Source: Candidatus Latescibacterota bacterium | GTDB taxonomy: Bacteria > Latescibacterota > UBA2968 > GCA-2709665 | Reading direction: 5' to 3' | NCBI GenBank assembly: GCA_965208835.1 | Contig: OZ242358.1 | Coordinates: 2,112,001 to 2,176,000 of the forward strand | DNA length: 64,000 bases | Shown here: piece after piece, positions 60,530 to 64,000 of the stretch | Layout: the number at the start of each line of letters is the position of its first letter | Numbering within the stretch: the first letter of the stretch is position 1 | Program-made: the position numbers and the translations under genes | Notes under the pieces: generated by a model | The model's input: the letters and a program-made list of their open reading frames with translations, nothing else | Databases searched by the model: none | What the model was told of the DNA's origin: nothing

Positions 60530-61954
60530 TTAAGAGGAGGCGATTACCCCTCCGCAGCCACCCTTGAGAGTGACCTCCAGCACCGTTTTTGACCGTTGGG
60601 TAACGGCCGTGGACTGCGCCGTACGTAAGCCGGCCACCCAGAGGATGACCTTCCCGTCCAGCAGCAGCGGGATTTCATCACGCAGCGGTCTGGGAATCTT
60701 GAGGTTGATAAACAGGTCGCTGACTTTTTGTGATCCACTCAGGCCGAGCGGCACGAGACGATCCGCACGGCGCCGGTTTCTGAGCGTCAGCCGACCGAAA
60801 ATCGCATCCCGATCGAAACAGGCGCGAAAAGGATTGGATGACAGATCGTCCTCTTGCACCTCGCTGGCCGGCCTGATCTTCGTCTCGACAAATGCGCCGA
60901 TTTCCGGGATTCCAGTGACACCGGGAACGGCCACTTCGGTCTCGAACGGTGGCGTCGGCCGACTCAGGATCAGCCACGGACTGGAATGATGAACGAAGAC
61001 ATCGGAACACACCTGAGCCGAGCCTGCAGGCGTCAGACGCAGACCTTCAATGCGGCTCACACTCTGTTCATCAAGGTCCCGTGCGCTGCCTCGAAGCCGA
61101 AAAAATGCCGTTTTGAATATCCGGCGCCGAAGTGCTATATGATAACCGAAAACGGCGGTTTCATCAAGAATTATTTTTCGTTTGCCCTCGTAATGCAGGG
61201 CCTCCTTATATGCCGATTCCGCCTGCAGGGCGAGCAGCTGATCTTCATCCCGGATGATCGCCGCGGACCTTGCAAGGGACGCCTCGATCGACGGGTTGTA
61301 TTCCGAGGCGATCTCCGGGAGAAGAAGATGCCGGATCCGGTTCCGGAGAAAGCGGGATTCAGAGTTGGATTCGTCATGACGCACGTTAAGGTTCCGGTGT
61401 TCGACATATGCCTGTATCTGTCTTCGGGAGACCGCCAGGAGCGGGCGGATCCAGATCCCGTCGCGGATCGGCCTGATCCCGCTGAGCCCGGTCGGACCGG
61501 CGCCACGAATCAGGCGCATCAATACGGTTTCAGCCTGATCGCTGCGGGTATGCCCCAATGCGATGCGGGAGGCGCCGGTATCTCGCATTACCTCATTGAG
61601 AAACTCCAGGCGTGCATCACGCGCCGCCGCTTCCGGAGAGCCTGCCGTGGATACGGTCGTGCTGTCAGAGAAACACGGCAGGTCCAAGGTCGCGGCGAGG
61701 TCCATCACGAATTGCTGGTCTTCATCGGATGCGGGACCTCGCAGACGATGGTTGAGATGGGCGACATAAAGCGCGATATCGACAGCTTCACGCAGCCTGA
61801 CCAGCAGATCCAGGAGCGATACCGAATCCGGCCCTCCGGAAACACCTATCACAATCCCGTCACCTGGCTCGATCATGTCGTGCCGGTCGATGTACGATTG
61901 AACCGCTGAAAGCAGGTCGGGTGTACTGGAATTGTTGCGAGGATTTGGTTTCAT
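60530..61954 (-). CDS. tilS: tRNA(Ile)-lysidine synthetase
   Basis: [43 protein letters not shown]-terminal TilS domain. Confidence 0.96.
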   Translation of the reverse strand: MKPNPRNNSSTPDLLSAVQSYIDRHDMIEPGDGIVIGVSGGPDSVSLLDLLVRLREAVDIALYVAHLNHRLRGPASDEDQQFVMDLAATLDLPCFSDSTTVSTAGSPEAAARDARLEFLNEVMRDTGASRIALGHTRSDQAETVLMRLIRGAGPTGLSGIRPIRDGIWIRPLLAVSRRQIQAYVEHRNLNVRHDESNSESRFLRNRIRHLLLPEIASEYNPSIEASLARSAAIIRDEDQLLALQAESAYKEALHYEGKRKIILDETAVFGYHIALRRRIFKTAFFRLRGSARDLDEQSVSRIEGLRLTPAGSAQVCSDVFVHHSSPWLILSRPTPPFETEVAVPGVTGIPEIGAFVETKIRPASEVQEDDLSSNPFRACFDRDAIFGRLTLRNRRRADRLVPLGLSGSQKVSDLFINLKIPRPLRDEIPLLLDGKVILWVAGLRTAQSTAVTQRSKTVLEVTLKGGCGGVIASS

Positions 61955-62157
61955 GGGGTATAATCCGCGTTATCAGAGACCCAATGGAATGTCCTTTTTA
62001 ACCTTAATTCCGCAAAAACCGCAACGCGGCACCGCGACGAAACTTCCCGAAACGGGCCGAAATGGCTTTCAGGAAGGACGTTTTTTCTGTTCGCGTCCAG
62101 TGACCTGGTGTATCCTGGTAATCCGCAGTCTAATCGCCTTTATTAACTAGCACATAT

Positions 62158-62422
62158 TCGAATTAACGTCCCCGAAAAATGACGAATCAAGGTTAAAACT
62201 GACTCTAGCGCGGCTGGTAGCGACCGCTATAGGTCTACGGACAAAGATTACCAGTCTGTCGGCGTTTCCACAACTGCATTCAATATGATTAACGCCCAGC
62301 GATTTACACCACTGCATGGGTTGAGAATCTGACGTCGGCAAATGTCCGAAGCCAGGGTTGACTCTTAGACGCATGAGAACTCGGCTCGGTTTCTGAAAAC
62401 CGGCTTCGTCGGGTCGAATTAA
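62158..62422. other. Lower-GC, hairpin-rich intergenic element bounded by 9-bp direct repeats (candidate ncRNA or inserted element)
   Basis: TCGAATTAA at 62158-62166 and 62414-62422; several stems visible; TATAAT on the minus strand at 62442-62437. Confidence 0.35.
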
Positions 62423-62492
62423 AAGTCTGATTATCAATTATATAGCCCAACTGAACAGAAAATGATCCATGCACGCGTTCAGGCGGGAAATG

Positions 62493-62523
62493 AAAAGACA
62501 CGCCTGAATCAGCGTGTCTTTTC
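62493..62523 (-). terminator. Intrinsic (possibly bidirectional) terminator after the selenoprotein gene
   Basis: aaaagacacgc-N8-gcgtgtctttt. Confidence 0.8.
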
Positions 62524-62547
62524 TGCGCCCATTTACTCTGCGCGAAA

Positions 62548-63846
62548 TCAGGGTACGCTTTTGCCGAAGTTTCTTGCGAATTCCAGAAAGTCCGCGAAGT
62601 CGACCAGTCCGCTCCCGTCCAGGTCGAAGGTCGGGTTGTCGGAGTTGAAGGCCTGGGCGAAGGCAATGAAGTCGACGAAATCGATTTTCCCGTCACCATC
62701 GAAGTCGGCACGGGCATTGACGGAGACAACGATCGCCGTTCCGGAAATCGCGACCGTGACATTTTTGTTTTCCGGATCATCGCTGGAAATGGTAATGGTG
62801 CCGGAGAAAGGTCCCCCCACCGCGGGCGTGAAGGTGATATCGACGGTTGCACTGTCACCCGGCGCGACCGTAAGCTCCTCCAGGCTGAACGTGATGCCCT
62901 CGAGGTCGGACTCCAGGTTCGTGATGCTGAGGTCTTTCCCTCCTGTGTTTTTCACGACGAGGGTAAGGGTCCGGGACTCATTTACCGCAACGTGCCCGCC
63001 AAAGTCGAGTATTGTAACAGGTAAGTTGATTGTGGGCGGCTGCACGATGGCTGCGATTCCGGAAATCGAGACCGTGACATTTCCGTTTTCAGGGTCATCG
63101 CTTGAAATGGTAATCGTGCCGGAGAAAGGACCGCCCTCCGCGGGCGTGAAGGTGATATCGACGGTTGCGCTGTCACCCGGTGCGACCGTGAGCTCCGTCA
63201 GGCTGAACGTGACGCCCTCGAGGTCTGACGCCAGGTTCGTAATGCTGAGGTCTTCTCCACCGGTGTTCTTCACGACGAGGGTAACGGTCCTGGTTTCGCC
63301 GGCCGGAAGGTCCTCGCCGAAGTCGAGCGAGGTACTGGGAAGGTTGATCGCGGGAGGCGCGACGGCCAGCAACTCCCGGATTCTCGCCGCCGCGGCGCTG
63401 AGACCCGAAGCGCCGACCCCGATGTGACGGACGATCCCTTCCCGGTCCGCGACCAGCAAAGTGTGAGTACCCCGCGTCCTCTGAATCCCCCCAGCCTGCA
63501 ACAGCAGGGGAAATGTGATCGTTGTTGCGGCTCGAAAGCCTTCCAGTTGCGACTTGCTGCCATTATAAATATCAAGCCCCAGGACCGTTACGTCATCGTT
63601 CTGGAACGCCTTCCAGATCTGCTGCTCGATGGACGGACCCGCCGCCCGGCAGGTGGGTCAGTTGTGGCCCAGGTAATAGAGAACCAAAACTTCACCCTTG
63701 TAGTCGGCCGGACTGTGTTTGTTGCCGTTTAGATCTTCTAACGAGAAGGCGGGCACAGCGTCACCTTCTTTCTGGGCCTCCGCAGGCAACGGCAGGTTGA
63801 GTCCGACGAGCAGCAGGAACACAAGGCATGTGGCGATTCGACGCAT
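62548..63846 (-). CDS. Probable secreted selenoprotein: signal peptide + AhpC/TSA-redoxin domain (U-x-x-C) + two Ig-like (ASH/choice-of-anchor D-like) repeats + dockerin-like EF-hand pair, 432 aa
   Basis: AAGGAGG RBS; ORF 63658-63846 ends LGHN-TGA and continues in frame PTCRAAGPSIEQQIWKAFQNDDVTVLGLDI...TFPLLL into ORF 62548-63501 with no other stop. Confidence 0.85.
62741..63357 (-). repeat. Intragenic tandem duplication (period 318 bp, 106 aa)
   Basis: LDFG..TLVVKNTGG.DLSITNL.SDLEG.TFSL.ELTVAPGDSATVDITFTPA.GGPFSGTITISSDDPEN occurs twice. Confidence 0.92.
63622..63657 (-). promoter_or_regulatory. Candidate bacterial SECIS element
   Basis: 10 nt after UGA: stem GGGCGG/CCGUCC with loop CGGGU (loop begins 16 nt after UGA, G in second position); lower stem CUGC/GCAG. 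Confidence 0.65.
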
Positions 63847-64000
63847 TGAAATCCTCCTTTATGAGAGTTGCGGTTTGCGTCAGAAATGGGTCTTAAGACG
63901 CATTTCAAGTCCATTGAACGGCAACACCTGATAGCATGTTCCCGAAGTACATGCGGCGCCACCGCGCCTGCGTCCGGCGAAGACGAGGGCTTCGTATCGT

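Noticed and set aside
62158-62422. Assignment of the structured element as RNase P RNA, tmRNA or c-di-GMP-I riboswitch
   Set aside because: Only short look-alikes (AGAACTCGGCT, GCTATAGGTCTA, GGACG..TTCGAAT); GAGGAAAGTC, the tRNA-like acceptor stem with tag ORF, and the GGCAAAC..GAAA..GACGCAAAG core are missing.
62147-62437. 96-aa minus-strand ORF upstream of tilS
   Set aside because: TTG start without SD, atypical codon usage and no family signal.

Overview
GC-rich bacterial chromosomal window. The dockerin/EF-hand-tailed secreted protein and the many paralogous catabolic enzymes resemble Latescibacterota/Gemmatimonadota-like lineages, but this taxonomy is inference only. Core genes lie at both ends: a bamD-like fragment, nadD, zapA with a 6S RNA, nadA, a galU-like gene, trxA, holA, purM, folP, ftsH and tilS. 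The middle holds a long plus-strand run of catabolic hydrolases and oxidoreductases (9.5-28.8 kb), an accessory island (30-42.5 kb) with three type II toxin-antitoxin pairs, a YhaO/YhaN-like Mre11-Rad50 pair and an ABC exporter pair, and then a minus-strand catabolic/ABC block. The ORF track misses several things. (1) A probable secreted selenoprotein at 62548-63846(-): signal peptide, thioredoxin-fold U-P-T-C motif read through an in-frame TGA with a SECIS-like hairpin, two tandem Ig-like repeats and a dockerin-like tail. (2) A MITE family whose four full-ended copies are all multiples of 3 bp long; two of them fuse in frame to the next gene. (3) A second 160-bp MITE family. (4) A near-consensus promoter firing straight into a perfect 18-bp hairpin (about 50-nt RNA). 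(5) A structured ~265-nt element upstream of tilS. (6) A GH38-like protein lacking its metal ligands. (7) A glucuronokinase-like kinase paired with a GalU-like gene. All product calls come from motif recognition by eye; no database searches were run.
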